This document shows positions 35,899 to 49,189 of a stretch of DNA of 64,000 nucleotides, piece by piece. The notes beneath the pieces were generated by a model, which made no database searches, was not told the origin of the DNA, and worked only from the letters and a program-made list of their open reading frames with translations. Source of the stretch: Scyliorhinus canicula (taxonomy: Eukaryota); assembly GCF_902713615.1 (NCBI RefSeq), contig NC_052149.1:188266593-188330592 (forward strand). Direction: 5' to 3'. The stretch's first letter is position 1. The number at the start of each line of letters is the position of its first letter. The translations under genes were made by a program, and so were the position numbers.

Positions 35899-37013
35899 AA
35901 ATGGGAGGAGGACCTGGGGATTGAAATAGGATGGGGACTCTGGAGCGAAGCACTGCATAGGGTCAACTCCACCTCCACGTGCGCAAGGCTCAGCCTGACG
36001 CAGCTAAAAGTGGTACGTAGAGCCCACCTAACAAGAACCCGTATGAGTAGGTTCTTCCCGGAGGTGGAGGATAGATGTGAACGGTGCCAAGTAGGCCCGG
36101 CCAACCACGCCCACATGTTCTGGTCTTGCCCCAGACTTGTGGAGTACTGGACAGCCTTCTTCGAGGCCATGTCCAAAGTGGTGGGGATGAGGGTGGAACC
36201 ATGCCCGAAAGGGGCGGTCTTCAGGGTCTCGGACCTGCCAGATCTATTCCTGGGGAGGAGGGCGGATGCCCTTGCCTTTGCCTCCCCGATCACCCGCCGT
36301 AGAATCCTGTTTGGCTGGCGGTCAGCAGCACCACCCAGAGCTGCAGACTGGCTGTCCGACCTCTTGGAATCTCTCCAAATGGAGAAAATCAAATTCTCCA
36401 TCCGAGGGTCGGACGACGGCTTCCACAGAACGTGGGAGCCATTCGCGCGAATGTTCCGGGACCTGTTTGTGGCCAACGAACAAGAGGAAGAATAGCCAGG
36501 TAGCCAAGAATCAGGGGAACTTAGTCAAGAATCAGGGGAGGGTAGCCAAGGCATGAAAGGGAGAGAGGGACTGAGAGGGAGGGAGGGGGTTGGGGGGGGG
36601 GGGGGGGGGGGGGGGGGCTAAACCTGAAGAAAGAAAGGCGAACCACAGGGGGGGGGGGGGCAGACAGCTGAACTTGAGGAGGGAGGGGCGAACCATGGAG
36701 GGAGGGGGACAGCAGAGGAGAACGAGCGGGATGGGGCAGGGAGCAGGGAAACGGGAGCCGGAATGAAGGCACGGGGTGCCAAAACGTGCATGACATCTCC
36801 AGGAGCGGGGAACGAAGAGGTTGGGGATGGAGGACGGGAGGAGCAGCGGAGGCGAGCGGGGGACGGCGGCGAGAACCGTCCGAGAGAGGCGGGCAACAGC
36901 GGCACGCAAACCGGCCAGGTGTTGCACACTGTGGTTATCTCCCCGGCACCCAAATGTATATTTGCCCCCCCCAGTCCCCGCCACCCCTGCCCCCCCTTCC
37001 CCCCATCCCACCC

Positions 37014-37058
<45 letters not shown>

Positions 37059-37292
37059 CAAACAGTCGAGTACTTACGTGGTGTAAATAATTTGGTCAGA
37101 TGCACAGAGCTGCCGCTGTCGAGCTGGTGCACAGTACCCCACCAGTTAGTCTATTTCAGATTTTATTGTATTCTATGTTGGGGTGTGCCCTTCTCTTCTA
37201 AATATGTGTATATATAGATATATGTTTCTTATTCTGTGTACATAACGGTAATTATACCTTGTTCAAAAACCCAATAAAAACATTTATAAAAA
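35899..37292 (+). mobile_element. 5'-truncated L1 (ORF2 C-terminal CCHC domain and 3' UTR) inserted in the CR1 RT
   Basis: CERCQVGPANHAHMFWSC; AATAAA and A-rich tail; 16-bp TSD TAAAAAGGGAGGTAGA at 35883-35898 and 37293-37308. Confidence 0.92.
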
Positions 37293-37343
37293 TAAAAAGG
37301 GAGGTAGAGAGAAAACAGGGAATTATAAACCAGTAAGGCTCAC

Positions 37344-37606
37344 TGATGCACTATCAATGACCACAGAAACGAGGATGTAGCCCGAATTGAAGGCTTTAAT
37401 TGACAAGATGTTTCCCCAGCAGCTCGAGTACAGAAAAGGAAGCTGCAGGGGAAACATGGGTTCTTATACCCCGCCTCAATGGGCGGAACTACCTTACATT
37501 CTGACCAATGGGTTACAAACCATTGGGCCAATGAGCAACGAGCCTTCTCCACCAATGGTGGCTCAGCACTCCCAGGTATCGTAGTACCTCTAGTCATACT
37601 ACCACA
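37344..37606 (-). mobile_element. Solo LTR related to the E2 family, inserted in the CR1 RT
   Basis: Minus strand TGTGGTAG...TATAAG...ATTAAAGCCTTCAATT...TTGATAGTGCATCA; TSD CTCAC at 37339-37343 and 37607-37611. Confidence 0.9.
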
Positions 37607-39666
37607 CTCACGTCAATAGTGGGGAAAATGTAAGAATTCATTATCAAAAGGTTTTATAGTTTTAAAGCAGAGCACTTAGAAAACAGTGGCAGGATCAGAT
37701 CGAGTCAGCACGGATTTATGAAGGGGAAATCATGTTTGACCAATCTATTCGAATTCTTTGAGGAGGTAACTGGTAAAGTTGATGAGGGGGAGCCAGTGGA
37801 TGTGGTATATTTGAATTTTCAGAAGGCGTTTGAAGAAGCCCCGCATAAGAGATTAGCGTGTAAAATTAAAGCGCATGGGATTGGGGGCTGTGCATTGAGA
37901 TGGATAGAAAACGGTTTGGCAGACAGGAAACAAAGAGTCGGAATTAACAGATCTTTTTCAAATTGGCAGGGAGTGACTAGTGGGGTACGGCAGGGATCGG
38001 TGCTAGGACCCCAGCTAGTCACAATATTTATTGGTTTAGATGAGGGAACAAAATGTAATATCTCCAAATTTGCAAATGACACCAAGTTAGGTGGGAGGGC
38101 GAACTGTCAGGAGGAGATTCTTCAGTATGATTTAGACAAGTTGAGGGAGTGGGTAAATGAATGGCAGTTGCAGTATAATTTGGATAAATACAAGGTTTGA
38201 TAGCAAAAACATGAAGGCAGGCTACTGTCTGAATGGCAGGAGAGGGGAATATGCAATGAGACTTGGGTATTCTCGTACACCAGTAGCTGAAGGTAAGCAT
38301 GCAGGTGCAGCAGGCAGTAAAGGCAGCAAAATGATATGCTGGCCTTCATTGCAGAAGTTAGAGTACAGGAGCAGGGATATCTTGCAGGGCCTTGGTGAGA
38401 CCACACCTGGAATAGTGTGTGCAGTTTTGGTCTCCTTATCTGAGGAAGGATGTTCTTGCTTTAGAGGGAGTGCAGGGAAGGTTTACCAGACTGATTCCTG
38501 GGATGGTGGGACTGACGTATGAGGAGAGATTGAGTCAGTTAGTATTGTATTCGCTGAATTCGTAAGAATGAGGGGGGGGGGGGGGGGGGGGGGGGGGGAT
38601 ATCTCATAGAAACCTATAAAATTCTAACAGGGCTGAACAGGGTAGATGCAAGAAGGATGTTCCCGATGGTGGGGTCCAAGGGTCACAGTCTAAGGTGGAC
38701 CATTTAGGACAGAGATGAGGAGAAATGTCTTCACCCAGAGTGGTGAACCTGTAGAATTTATTGTCACAGGAGGTAGTTGAGACCAAAACATTGTATGTTT
38801 TCAAGAAGCAGTAGATATAGCACTGAGGACATAGGGGATCAAAGGTTATGGGGGGAGGCAGGATCAGGGTATTGAGTTGAAAGATCAGCCATGATCATAA
38901 AGGTTTGAAGGGCCGAATGGCCTCCTCCTGCTCCTATTTTCTGTTCCTAGTATAGAATCTTTTGAACTAATGTTTTCATTTTTAAAAGTGGACAATGTGA
39001 TGGTCACTGAAGGTCAGATTACGTGTTCTGTATTCAATAACCGGTGCAGCGTCTAATAGAGATAAAATATACAAGCCAGATTTAAAAGTTACTGATTACA
39101 CACAGCCTGAAAGACCAAAGTGATATTCCTGAATTGAATGGTAAGAAAATAATTGTTTCAACCCATCCAGACAAACGTCCACACAATAAATAGGATGTGG
39201 CTCAATCTAAGAACGTCCACATGTTTAGCAAAGAAACCACAATTGTAAGGCGTCACGTGGTACAGCCCCTGCTAACCTTCAAAATGTTGTCTGCAGAAAG
39301 AGAGACACAAGGAAAATGCAGTAACATCTGCACCCCATAAAGATCTGAGAGCCACAACATCATGAGCTCTCCAAACCTATCCTATTTCAGATCCACCCAA
39401 ACCTCAAACTGACGACCTTGTGAAAGGACTGCAAGAAACTGACTTTGTAACCTGCAGAAAGTCCAGCACGTCAAGAAAGTTCTGTAAATAACATTGACAT
39501 ATGACTTTGGCTACTGAATTCACCTAAACTGCACTTCAAGTGTGACAAAGTACTTCCATCAGGGCTGCAAAACGTAGCTTCTCCAAAACAAGACAACCAC
39601 ATGAATTACAAACTATTATATTTTTGTTAAATAACTTGTAATCTTTCCAGCTGTACTTTTATTGAG

Positions 39667-39691
39667 TGTGTGTGTGTGTGTGTGTGTGTGT
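39667..39691. repeat. (GT)n microsatellite
   Basis: About 12 GT units. Confidence 0.9.
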
Positions 39692-40221
39692 CATTATGCA
39701 AGTGGGTGCGGCGGTGTTAAAATTCAGGGCATGTGCTTATATTAGTCATCTTTCTTGGTTTAAACTCATGAATCAAAAGCTTGCTGCTGATTATACAAAT
39801 CATCCACACACTCAAAGGGTTAAAAAAAACTCACACATCTCCCTCTGAAAAAGTTCACTGACAGACACCCTGAACGTAACAGTGATGCTGTTGTTTGGGC
39901 AGTAGGCGGCTTTATTTGGAGGCCAACATGACATGCATCACACACACACCAGGATAATCATGATGTCAATCAGTTTGCAGCACCCAGCCTCCCCGAACAG
40001 GTGCTGGAATGTGGCAACTAGGGGCTTTTCACAGTAACTTCATTTGAAGCCTACTTGTGACAATACGTGATTTTCATTTAGTTAGATGCCATTGAGCTCA
40101 AATCTCCAACTAACACCACTGGTCCTTGGATTCAGATTCCTTGCATTGGCCTCCAGGGCTATCTTCTCTTATTCCCTTTGCATGGTGTACCTGGAGGGTC
40201 TCCTGGTGTGTCAGGTCAAAT

Positions 40222-40419
40222 AATTTTTTCCAATTAAGGGCCAATTTAGCGTGGCCAATCCACCTACCCTGCACGTCTTTGGGTTGTGGGGGCGAAACCT
40301 ACGCAAAGACGGGGAGAATGTGCAAACTCCACACGGACAATGACCCAGAGCCAGGATCGAACCTGGGACCTCGGCACCGTGATGCAGCTGTGCAAACCAC
40401 TGCGCCGCTGTGCTGCCCC
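40222..40419 (-). mobile_element. HE1-type SINE (short form)
   Basis: Reverse complement of the HE1 head and core. Confidence 0.82.
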
Positions 40420-40512
40420 TTAAATCGTAGTAATTATGAGCATTCTCGAACAGGGAGAGCGGAGGGTAATTTAGCCTATGATGTAATAGAATCACTAAAG
40501 AGTTAAATCAAT

Positions 40513-41157
40513 GGACTGGATTCTCCGTTCCTGAGGCTAAGTGCCGATGCCAACGGAGGATCCATGGTGTTCCGTGACGGGAAGATCGGCACGAAACCCT
40601 CATGGATTCCGACCAGTGAGGGGCTAGCACCAGCGCCATGTGAAACACCCGTGGAATGCGCGGAAAACGATTGGAGAATCGGTGGGTCCTGGGCCGCGCA
40701 TGCGCAGGGCTGACAAGCAGCAGCCTCGCGTAATCTTACACCCCCCACACACGCACCGGTCGTTCCAGAAAACCCACCCATCCTGACCCCACAGCCCACC
40801 TCCTGGCCACCCACCACCACTCCCGCCAGCCCTAGCAGAAGCTCTCCGTCCAGCGGCACAGATCCCAGCTGAGTGTGGCAGTGTTGGACACTGTCCGCAG
40901 CCTGCACGCCAGGCTCCCGACCGTTGCGGCCACACATGGTCTGTGCCATCGAGAACTCTGCCATTCGGAGGCGGAGCATCGCAGGTGGGCCCAATAATTA
41001 TATGCAGATGCCGGGCCTCCCGATGGCGTTGATTTGGAGGGGCAGAGCATCGCGACCGAGCGTCAAACCGACGCCTTAACTGATTTCGGAGTCTGGAGCC
41101 ATTATTCGCCTGATCGGCGTTCTCGATTTCGGCATCAGGCTACGGAGAATCCCGCCC
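40513..41157. mobile_element. Harbinger-type MITE
   Basis: Termini GGACTGGATTCTCCG and CGGAGAATCCCGCCC; flanks AAT/TAT (imperfect 3-bp TSD); GC-rich and non-coding. Confidence 0.78.
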
Positions 41158-41955
41158 TATATGTCTGCGCAAGTGGATAATTTACATATCAGCGGACACC
41201 TGTTCCCATTGCCTATGGGTCATGTGTCTGGAGGGTGTCCTGGTCCCTGTGAATCCAAGGTTTACCTCCTCCTCCACCAGGGCCTCAAGTGCCTGCGCAC
41301 GCTCATTTTGTACCATTATTCGAAGTTTCACAGGTCAGATTCACTTTGCATGACTGCAAGCAGTTGGAATGCATCTGCCCTTTAAGTAGCTCACCAGTGC
41401 TAACCATTAACTATACAGCCTTTCTCAGTCTTCTTCCAGCCAATCAACATTACAGTTAGCACTTGCAAGGGACTAAAGTAATTTAAATCAGCAGACAGCA
41501 CGAAGTTGGCTGCTGCTTGCATTGCAACCAAAGGCACAGGTTAATCACACAACATGATGCTCTTGCCCACTTTCTGGGCCAAGACATCTAACCCCTGTGG
41601 TAGCAAGGCCCCTTTAGGAGGTGACCTTTCATTGGGGATGTGACCCCCTCAGGGCCTATATTGTGAGAGCACGTGAACCCCGACCAATGGGGAAAACGCG
41701 CAGGGCCCTGGGAGGAGGGCCCCAGGCAGTGTGGGCCCAGGAGTCAAGGAATAGAGATTTGTGTGATATATCTCTGTGCTTGTATATTGTTAAACCTCTT
41801 TGTTGTTTCCAATAAACCTCTTATCAGTGATACCTCGCACTATTACATTGGCGATAGGAGTAAATCAGACAACGATTTGGGGAGGAGTTGCATCGGAAAT
41901 CTCCAAAAAACAGAAAAGACGAGGTCGGCAGAAAAAACAGTAAGTGCAAAACAAT

Positions 41956-43246
41956 GTGGTGGATTCTCTGCCCCACAACGGCGAAATCACATCCGGAGCC
42001 AGGGCAGAGAATCCAATTTCACGCATGAAATCGGGCCCGGCGCCTGTTCCGCGATTCTCCACCCCCCGAAAAGCAGCGTACCTGGGGAGTACGCCGTGCC
42101 GCATATCCACCACCTGCGGCCATTGCTGGAGGCCCGCCCCGCTATTCACTGCACCCGACCGGCCGAAGTCCCAATGGAGTATTTCTAATGTGGTCCTGCC
42201 ATTCAGGATAGTCGGGGGCCAGCCGATCGGAGGGCAGGGGGGGGGCCTCATACGGAACATGGCCTTTATTGTGCGGGCGGTCCGGGTCGGGCGAGCGGCC
42301 GATCGGGGGCACTAGTTCTGTGGTCCAGGTCCGCAGTCTGAGTCCGCCATGGAGCATGGCGCGGCCGCTGGAGGGTGGCGCCATACACATGCGCGGCCAT
42401 GACCTGGAAGTGCGGGGGGCCGTATCGGCAGCTGGTACTGTGAGCTCCACGACAGCTGCCTGCTAACCCATTGCTGGGCTGTGAATCTGTAAATCTGTGT
42501 AGCTGGCATAAAACACCACGGACACGATTCTCCGAAATGGAGACAGAGTGCTCGCGTCGTCGTGAACGCTGTCGCGTTTCACAATGGCGCGAAATGGGTG
42601 CGGGAAGTAGCGATTCACACGGGGCCCGACAGCGCTGGAGCGGTCCAGCCTCTCTTCCCGGCACAAAATGGGTGCCACGCCAACCCGCGCATGCGCATTT
42701 GGGCTGCGCCAACCCGCGAATGCGTGGGGAACTTCCTCAGCGCGCCAGCCCCGACGCAACATGGCATGGGGGTTCAGGGGCTGGCCGCCTAATAAAATAG
42801 GGCCGGGGCTGGAAAGGCCGGCCCGCCAATTGGTGGGGCCCGATCGTGGGCCAGACCCCATTGGAGGGCCCCCCCCCCCCCCCCGGGTGAAGGAGCGCTT
42901 TTCCCCGCCCCACAGGCCGCCCCCTCTCCCAACGCGCAGAGTTCCTGCCGGCTGCGAGCAGGGGTGAACGGCGTAGGCGGGACTCTGCTGTTTCCGCACG
43001 GCCACTCAGCCTATCAAGGCCAGAGAATCGGCGCCCCGGCCCCGGACAGCGGCCTGCGACCGGCGCCGCGCCAAACGTCGCCGATTTTCCGCTCCTCGGC
43101 GAATCACCTGCCAGCGTTGGACCATCGCCTCGGGAAAAAATGGCACGAACGGCGATTCTCCCCATACGACATGGCATGGGAGAATCGCACCCCACAGTTT
43201 TCATGAGGACGTGGGGACATAGTCCCTAAAACGGAGAATCTAGCCC
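41956..43246. mobile_element. Harbinger-type MITE (TSD AAT) containing a second MITE at 42520-43192 (TSD CAC)
   Basis: Outer termini GTGGTGGATTCTC / GGAGAATCTAGCCC; inner termini GGACACGATTCTCC / GGAGAATCGCACCC; both with 3-bp TSDs. Confidence 0.82.
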
Positions 43247-43994
43247 AATGTCTATGATAGGGACCCTCGATCTGTTTGGCCAGATGGCTGAAGACAGGAG
43301 CTAATATAGCGAGAGGCTTCGGTACTTGTTTTATCGGCAATGAGACCATAGGAGAAAATAAGCAAAAAAAAGTCATTTAGTTAACGGTTTGTGGGCCCCT
43401 TTAACGTCTCCAGAAGCCCCAGACACAAAATAATTCAACCACAACAAAACAAACAAACCACAACTCCAGTGCAGAAAGTCAGAATCTGCAGTGATTACAA
43501 CCTCTCCATAAACCAAGCGGCCCAACTCGACAAGTATCCGGTCCGTCGAATAGAAGACCTCTGTGGAAAATTGGCAGGGGGTCCTCATGTGTACAGAGCT
43601 TGACTGAAGTCACGTTTATTTACAACCTGAACTGGATGAGAACTGCAGGAAATATACATGACCATCAACATGCACAAGGGACTTTTCCAACATACATTAT
43701 TGTCTTTGATTTGCTGTCTGCTTGTGCAATATTTCAACGACAATGGAGAATTTGCTGCAAGGAATCGCAAATGTCATTGTGTACTTAGGTGAGTTTTTGG
43801 TGATGGGGACTTCACACGAGGAGCATTTGGCCACCTTGGAAGGAGTCCTTAAAACAGGTTCAGAGATGTTGGCATCAGACTAAAAAGAGAAAAGTGCACA
43901 TTGCAGGCCAGTCAGGCCACTTACTTGAGATTTAATGTTGTCTCAAAAGACTGACACCCTATAAAAGTTAGGTGAAAATCATCAAAGAGGTCTC

Positions 43995-44392
43995 TGTCAT
44001 AATATACATCTATGTATATAATGGAGTGCAGACAGGCAGTGATTGACACACAGGATGACCAGTAAGCACACAGAACACAGCAGCCAATCACCAGACAGGA
44101 CACGACCACTATAAAGCCAGAGGGCACCAGTTTTCCCGCTCTCTCGGGATCCAGCCTCTGAGACAGTCAGAGCTCGTGAGCAGCAGCTAGAACACACACC
44201 ATGTGGTAGTAAGATAGTCTGGTCAGGTTAGCCTCAGGTCTCCAGTCAAGTCAGCATAGTGCCAACCCACAGTTAAAGCATGTATTATAGTTAAATTTTC
44301 AATAAAATCGAGTTGCATTTCTTCAAGTAGCCTGTCTCTCTCACTGCTGCAGTAAACGCAGTCCTCCCAGACCCAGCTTACCCAACACATCA
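43995..44392 (+). mobile_element. Solo LTR inserted in the old Gypsy pol
   Basis: TG...CA ends, TATAAA and AATAAA; TSD GTCTC at 43990-43994 and 44393-44397. Confidence 0.88.
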
Positions 44393-45601
44393 GTCTCTGC
44401 ACCAAAGAATGTTGCAGGATTTAAATAGTTTCTGAGTATCGTAAATTACTACTGGCGATTCAACCCTTATTATGTTAGCACCGCTGTACCTCCCTTTAAA
44501 GAAGCACCAACATTGACATTGGAAAGACCCGCGAAAACAAGTTTTCCATCAAGTCAGACAGGCCCTACAGTCGTCCAGCTCGTTGGCCCATTTCGACCCA
44601 GGCAAACAGATCATTTTGACCCGCGACATTTTGCCCTGTCCCACAAGATGCAGAACGGCAGTGACAGGTCCATCGCCTTCGCCTCGCGAACACTCACCGG
44701 CACAGACCACAAGTGCGCACAAATTGAAAAAGAGGGCCTAGTTGTCATATACAGCGTTGAAAAAATTCCATCAGTACGTGTATGGTCGCCGTTTCACCGT
44801 TGTAACCGAACACAAGCCAGTACTTGGGCTGCTCTGTGAGGGTAAACCAATTCCACCTATTGCTTCGACCAGGGTACAACGGTGAGCATTGCTACTGGCA
44901 ACCTAAAGCTACGGGTTCGAGCATCGACCAGGGATGCCACTCTCCATTGCCAAACCCAAATCGGTTCCCACTCTCCCAAAGTCCGGCGTCACCGCTTGTG
45001 CCACTAGAGATTGTCTTGCCGTTAGATTTTCGTGATACCTTGCCAGTCTCATCGACCCACATCAGGAAGTGGACTAAACGTGACACGGTCCTCCCGAAGG
45101 TCAAATGAATAGTTCTCAGTGGATGGCACCACGATAACTTAGATCAGACCAACCCTACCAGCTGAGGAAAGATTAACTCTGTTGGGAAGACAAAGCATTG
45201 CTCTGGAGTTCCCAGGTGGCGGTACTACCCAGCAAGATTGCCACTGTTGCAGGTTTTGCAAAGTGCACACCCTGGCCAGACTAAGAATAAAATGTTGGCC
45301 TGTAGCTATATGTAAATTCTGTAGCTAGATATGTTGGCCTGGTTTTGACAAAAATATTGAGAATCTGGTCCATCAGTGTGACCTGCAACCATGGAGGTGG
45401 CCTGGCCTTCCTTGGACAAAGATACATATTGATTTTGCTGGTCCTTTCCTGGGAAAAATGTGCTTGATACTGGTGGATGGCCACTCCAAGTAGATGGACA
45501 TCCAGGAAATGTGGATGACAACCTCAGCGACCATCAGCAGCCATCAGTGAAACCCTGAGGCACATTTTAACCATTCGCCATTCATGGCCTTCCAGACGTA
45601 T

Positions 45602-46140
45602 GGGGCGGGATTCTCTAATGCTGAGGCTAAGTGTTTCTCGACGGCGTCAACATGGCCTCAGGATGGCAGCACGGTGGCGCAGTGGTTAGCATTGCTGCCT
45701 CACAGCGCCGAGGTCCCATGTTCGATCCCAGCTCTGGGTCACTCTCCGTGTGGAGTTTGCACATTCTCCCCGTGTTTGCGTGGGTTTTGCCCACACAAGC
45801 CAAAGGTGAGCAGAGTAGGTGGATTGGCCACACTAAATTGCCCCTTAATTGGAAAAAATCAATTGGGTACTCTAAATTTAAAAACAAATGGCCTCTGGCC
45901 CCTACAGGACATAGGTCTAAAGGGGCCGGCGCGGAAGAAAGGAGGCCCCCAGCCCAAGAGGCCGGCCCGCCAATTGGTGGGCCCCGATCGCAGGCCAGGC
46001 AACAACGGAGGCCCCCCCCCGGGGTCGATCCCCCCCCTCCCCCCGGAACCGTCCATGCCGAGGTCCCACTGGCTGAGAGCAGGTTAGAACGGCGCCGGCG
46101 GGACTCGGGTTTTCTGTGACGACCCCCGCGGCCCATTCCG
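45602..46140. mobile_element. Partial Harbinger-type MITE with a nested HE1 SINE (45665-45882, +)
   Basis: Left terminus GGGGCGGGATTCTC; internal similarity to ~42790-43010; SINE A and B boxes. Confidence 0.7.
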
Positions 46141-46793
46141 ACCTAGTTTTTGTAAGGAACGTTGCATCTGGTCCAACACGGATAACTGGGAAAATTGTGG
46201 CAAAATTTGGTCCTGTCTCATACCCAGTGGACTGATAAGACAGAAAAGTGTAAAAGCACATAGGGATCGGAGAGGCTCAGCCCCAATGACTGAACAGGCG
46301 GTTCTGTGGAGACTACTAATCTCCCTTCAGTGTAGCCTGAAGCAAGGAAACTGGGGGCTGAGGAGGGGGAAGGGTCTGGGTAGTGTCAAAAGTAAAGACT
46401 TGTATGATATACCTCTGTGCTTGTACATAGTTGAACCTCATTGTTGCTGTTTCCCCACGAACGTCTTTGTTGTAGAAGAAACCTTCTCAGTGATACCTTG
46501 TGCTATTACAGTCCCAATCCGCTTTTTATCAGATGGGGGAAAATGCCAAAGTAGAACATTCAAAGTAGAGAGGTGGTAGAGGTAATCAATGCTAGTCCCA
46601 TCAGCCCCAACACCCTGGTTTCTATGTAGGAATGGTCTGAATAGAGTAATAAGAGTTGGTACGGCTTCGATAGTTATCTGCATTACACCTAACAACAGTA
46701 CTTCTCTTACCCATTCAGACTCCACCCCACCCTTCTTCCAGCAATCTGAACTCTTCCCTCCTTGTGCTGCATCCTTCCCCACTTCTTCCTAAA

Positions 46794-46907
46794 AAGGACA
46801 GTCTGCCCCCTCTCTAAAGGACAGTCTGCCCCCTCTCTCAAGGACAGTCTGCCCCCTCTCTCAAGGACAGTCTGCCCCCTCTCTCAAGGACAGTCTGCCC
46901 CCTCTCT
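46794..46907. repeat. Minisatellite, ~21-23-bp unit AAGGACAGTCTGCCCCCTCTC(TC), 5 copies
   Basis: Read directly. Confidence 0.92.
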
Positions 46908-49189
46908 TTCTCATTCCAAGTACACACTCTGTTACTTACTGCATTCACAATGGGCTCTAACAGCATTTTCCTCTCACATGGTAACAATTGCAAAACAATA
47001 TCTACAGGACACAGGCGTAAAATTATGAAAAGGGTTTGATTGTGTGTAGGTGTAGAAACTATTCCCACTTGTGTGTTAGTCTAGAACAAGGGTGCATAAA
47101 TAGGAGCTAGCCACAGACAGGTCAAAAGTAGAATTTGAGGAATATCTTTACAGACAGTGATGAGAAAGCGCAACTTCCAGCCACATGGGAGTGGTGGAAG
47201 CAGAGTGCAATGATACGTTTTATGGGAAGCCTGGTGTGTGCAAGAAGGGGAAGGGAATTGATGGATCTGGGGACAGGCTGGGAACAAGTAAGCAGTGAGG
47301 GGAGGTTCATGTGGAATATAAATACTGACATAGACAAAATTAACTGAATGACCTCTTTCGATGCTGTAGGTTCGACAGCTCAATTTTAGCTTGAGAATGC
47401 AGAGGCTGCGAAAGCTGGCAAAGATCTGCACTCCTCTAATTCTGGCCTCTTGCGTATCCCCAATTTTAATTGTTCCACCATAGTGGTCATGTCTTCAGCT
47501 GCCAAGGCCCTAAGCTCTGGAATTCGCTGCCTAATCCTCACCGATTCGCTGTCTCTTTTACTTCCTTTAGGACACTCCTTAAAACTACCTTTGTGACCAA
47601 GCATTTGGTCACCTGTCCTAATATTTCCTGATGTGGTTCAGATCAAAGTGAGGTGCTCTTTCAAAAAGGGCTGGTGCAGACTCGATGGGCCGAATGGCCT
47701 ACTTCTTCACTGTAAATTCTATGATCCTATGAAACTTTGCTTGATAACACTCCTGAGAAAGACTTTGGGATGTTTTATTATGTTGAAGATGCAATTAAAA
47801 ACCTTGTTGTTGAACTTGGTATCATGAAGGCCTGAGAATTTCCAACTCCTGTGTCAACAGTCATGATGTTCAGTGATCTTTGATGAAGGCTTTTGACATC
47901 AATGCTTTGTGGTCTCCTTCACAAAGTCAATAACAAAAAGTCATTTCCCGAATGCCTTTACTATATTTTTCTATATCTTGATTTTTGTCTGACTGTCTCT
48001 TATGTTTATATATAGTAACTGTAACCATCAAGTGCTATCTTGACTCATTATCTTCTTAATATTAAATGACTGTCAGCTACCCACATACATCTTCTGAATA
48101 ACTTGCACTGAATTATTCAGTGTATATTCTCCAATGTTATTTGGAGCCCAATATGATTCTGACCAGGTGCATCTAGTCACTTTATCCCAAAGACTATAAA
48201 GTGTCTTCGAGTACAATCACTTTGGAGGTGGGCACAGTCACAATAATTGTTCTATTCAGGATCTAAGGCATTTGTCTGACTGCACAGGAACTGCCATGAC
48301 CTTACCATGCTCCCATGCTCTCTATTTTCTATTGCCTAATTGAACTCAATTGATTGTCAATCCTGTTTAGGAAAACAGTTGCCAAAGGCTGGGCTGTGAT
48401 TGGCTGGTTTGCAGAAGCTCAAATGAAAATTCTGAAATGCACAAACAGGATCTCTCTGGAGAAATTGCATAACTATAAGAAGATGATGCAGTGTGTTTGC
48501 TGAGTTTGAGCTCTACTGGGAGAATGAGGCCTTTAATTCACTCCTCCTAAAATGCACACTTATAGTTAATTGACAGAAAATGACAAAGGCTTCATCTGCA
48601 AAAATAGAGAAATCCCCCAAATGGTATTAATTAAATTGCAACAAATGACTACAGGTAATAATTAGAATTGTCTGAAATTTGATGCATTTTCAGGAATCTC
48701 ACGGTATCTCCAGCTATTGAAGATGAATAATTACTGTCGAACAGGTAACAATTAAACTCCACCACAGTGGAACTGAAACCAAAAAATGTGACACTGTAAA
48801 ACGTTGTGGAAACATCAACATTTTCCAGTCTGAGTTTCTGAAGGTTTTCCTCAGGGTACTAAATGTAAAAACAAGATCAGGTGCCTCGAGTTCCCCAAGT
48901 CTGCTGGGGATTGAGCCTTCTGACAGTATACTTAAGAGACCAATTGTAGGCATTGAGTCAGAGCCTGCCTCATGCTGCCAAAATGATCTCCTGCTGTTGA
49001 CAGCTTGGGGTTTCTCTGCTTTCGATGTCAGCTAGCTATCGTCAAAAGAATAAGAAAAATGAATCAAATCAATAAAGGCAACTGCATATAAATAACCCCC
49101 AAGTCTTGGCACAAACGGAGGTGGAATAAAATTCAATGGAGTCAGTCTTTTAGTGTCAACAGGAATAATGTCAGTGTCTAAACAAGTTG

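Larger units (their letters stand above)
34175..38950 (+). mobile_element. Degenerate CR1 LINE ORF2 (APE endonuclease and RT) with 3' tail; interrupted by SINEs (34531-34670, 34930-35085), an L1 and a solo LTR
   Basis: YDIIRITET; DWRVTNVTPQFKKG; KGKSCLTNLFEFFEEVT; VDVVYLNFQKAF; VTSGVRQGSVLGP; SKFANDTKL; tail GGGCCGAATGGCCTCCTCCTGCTCCTAT. Confidence 0.9.
41596..46510 (+). mobile_element. Old degenerate Gypsy LTR retrotransposon with a tRNA-type PBS, heavily nested
   Basis: 5' LTR 41596-41847 followed by TTGGCGA; partial 3' LTR ending 46510 shares GATATA..TCTGTGCTTGTA and CAGTGATACCT..CTATTACA; RT VRICSDY..LDKYPVRRIEDL; RH IAFASRTLT..AQIEKEGL. Confidence 0.82.

Noticed and set aside
41865-43206. 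Dense overlapping ORFs and CpG-island-like composition suggesting a promoter or gene
   Set aside because: Fully explained by nested GC-rich MITEs with TIRs and 3-bp TSDs; the same applies to 57751-58489 and 63149-63839.
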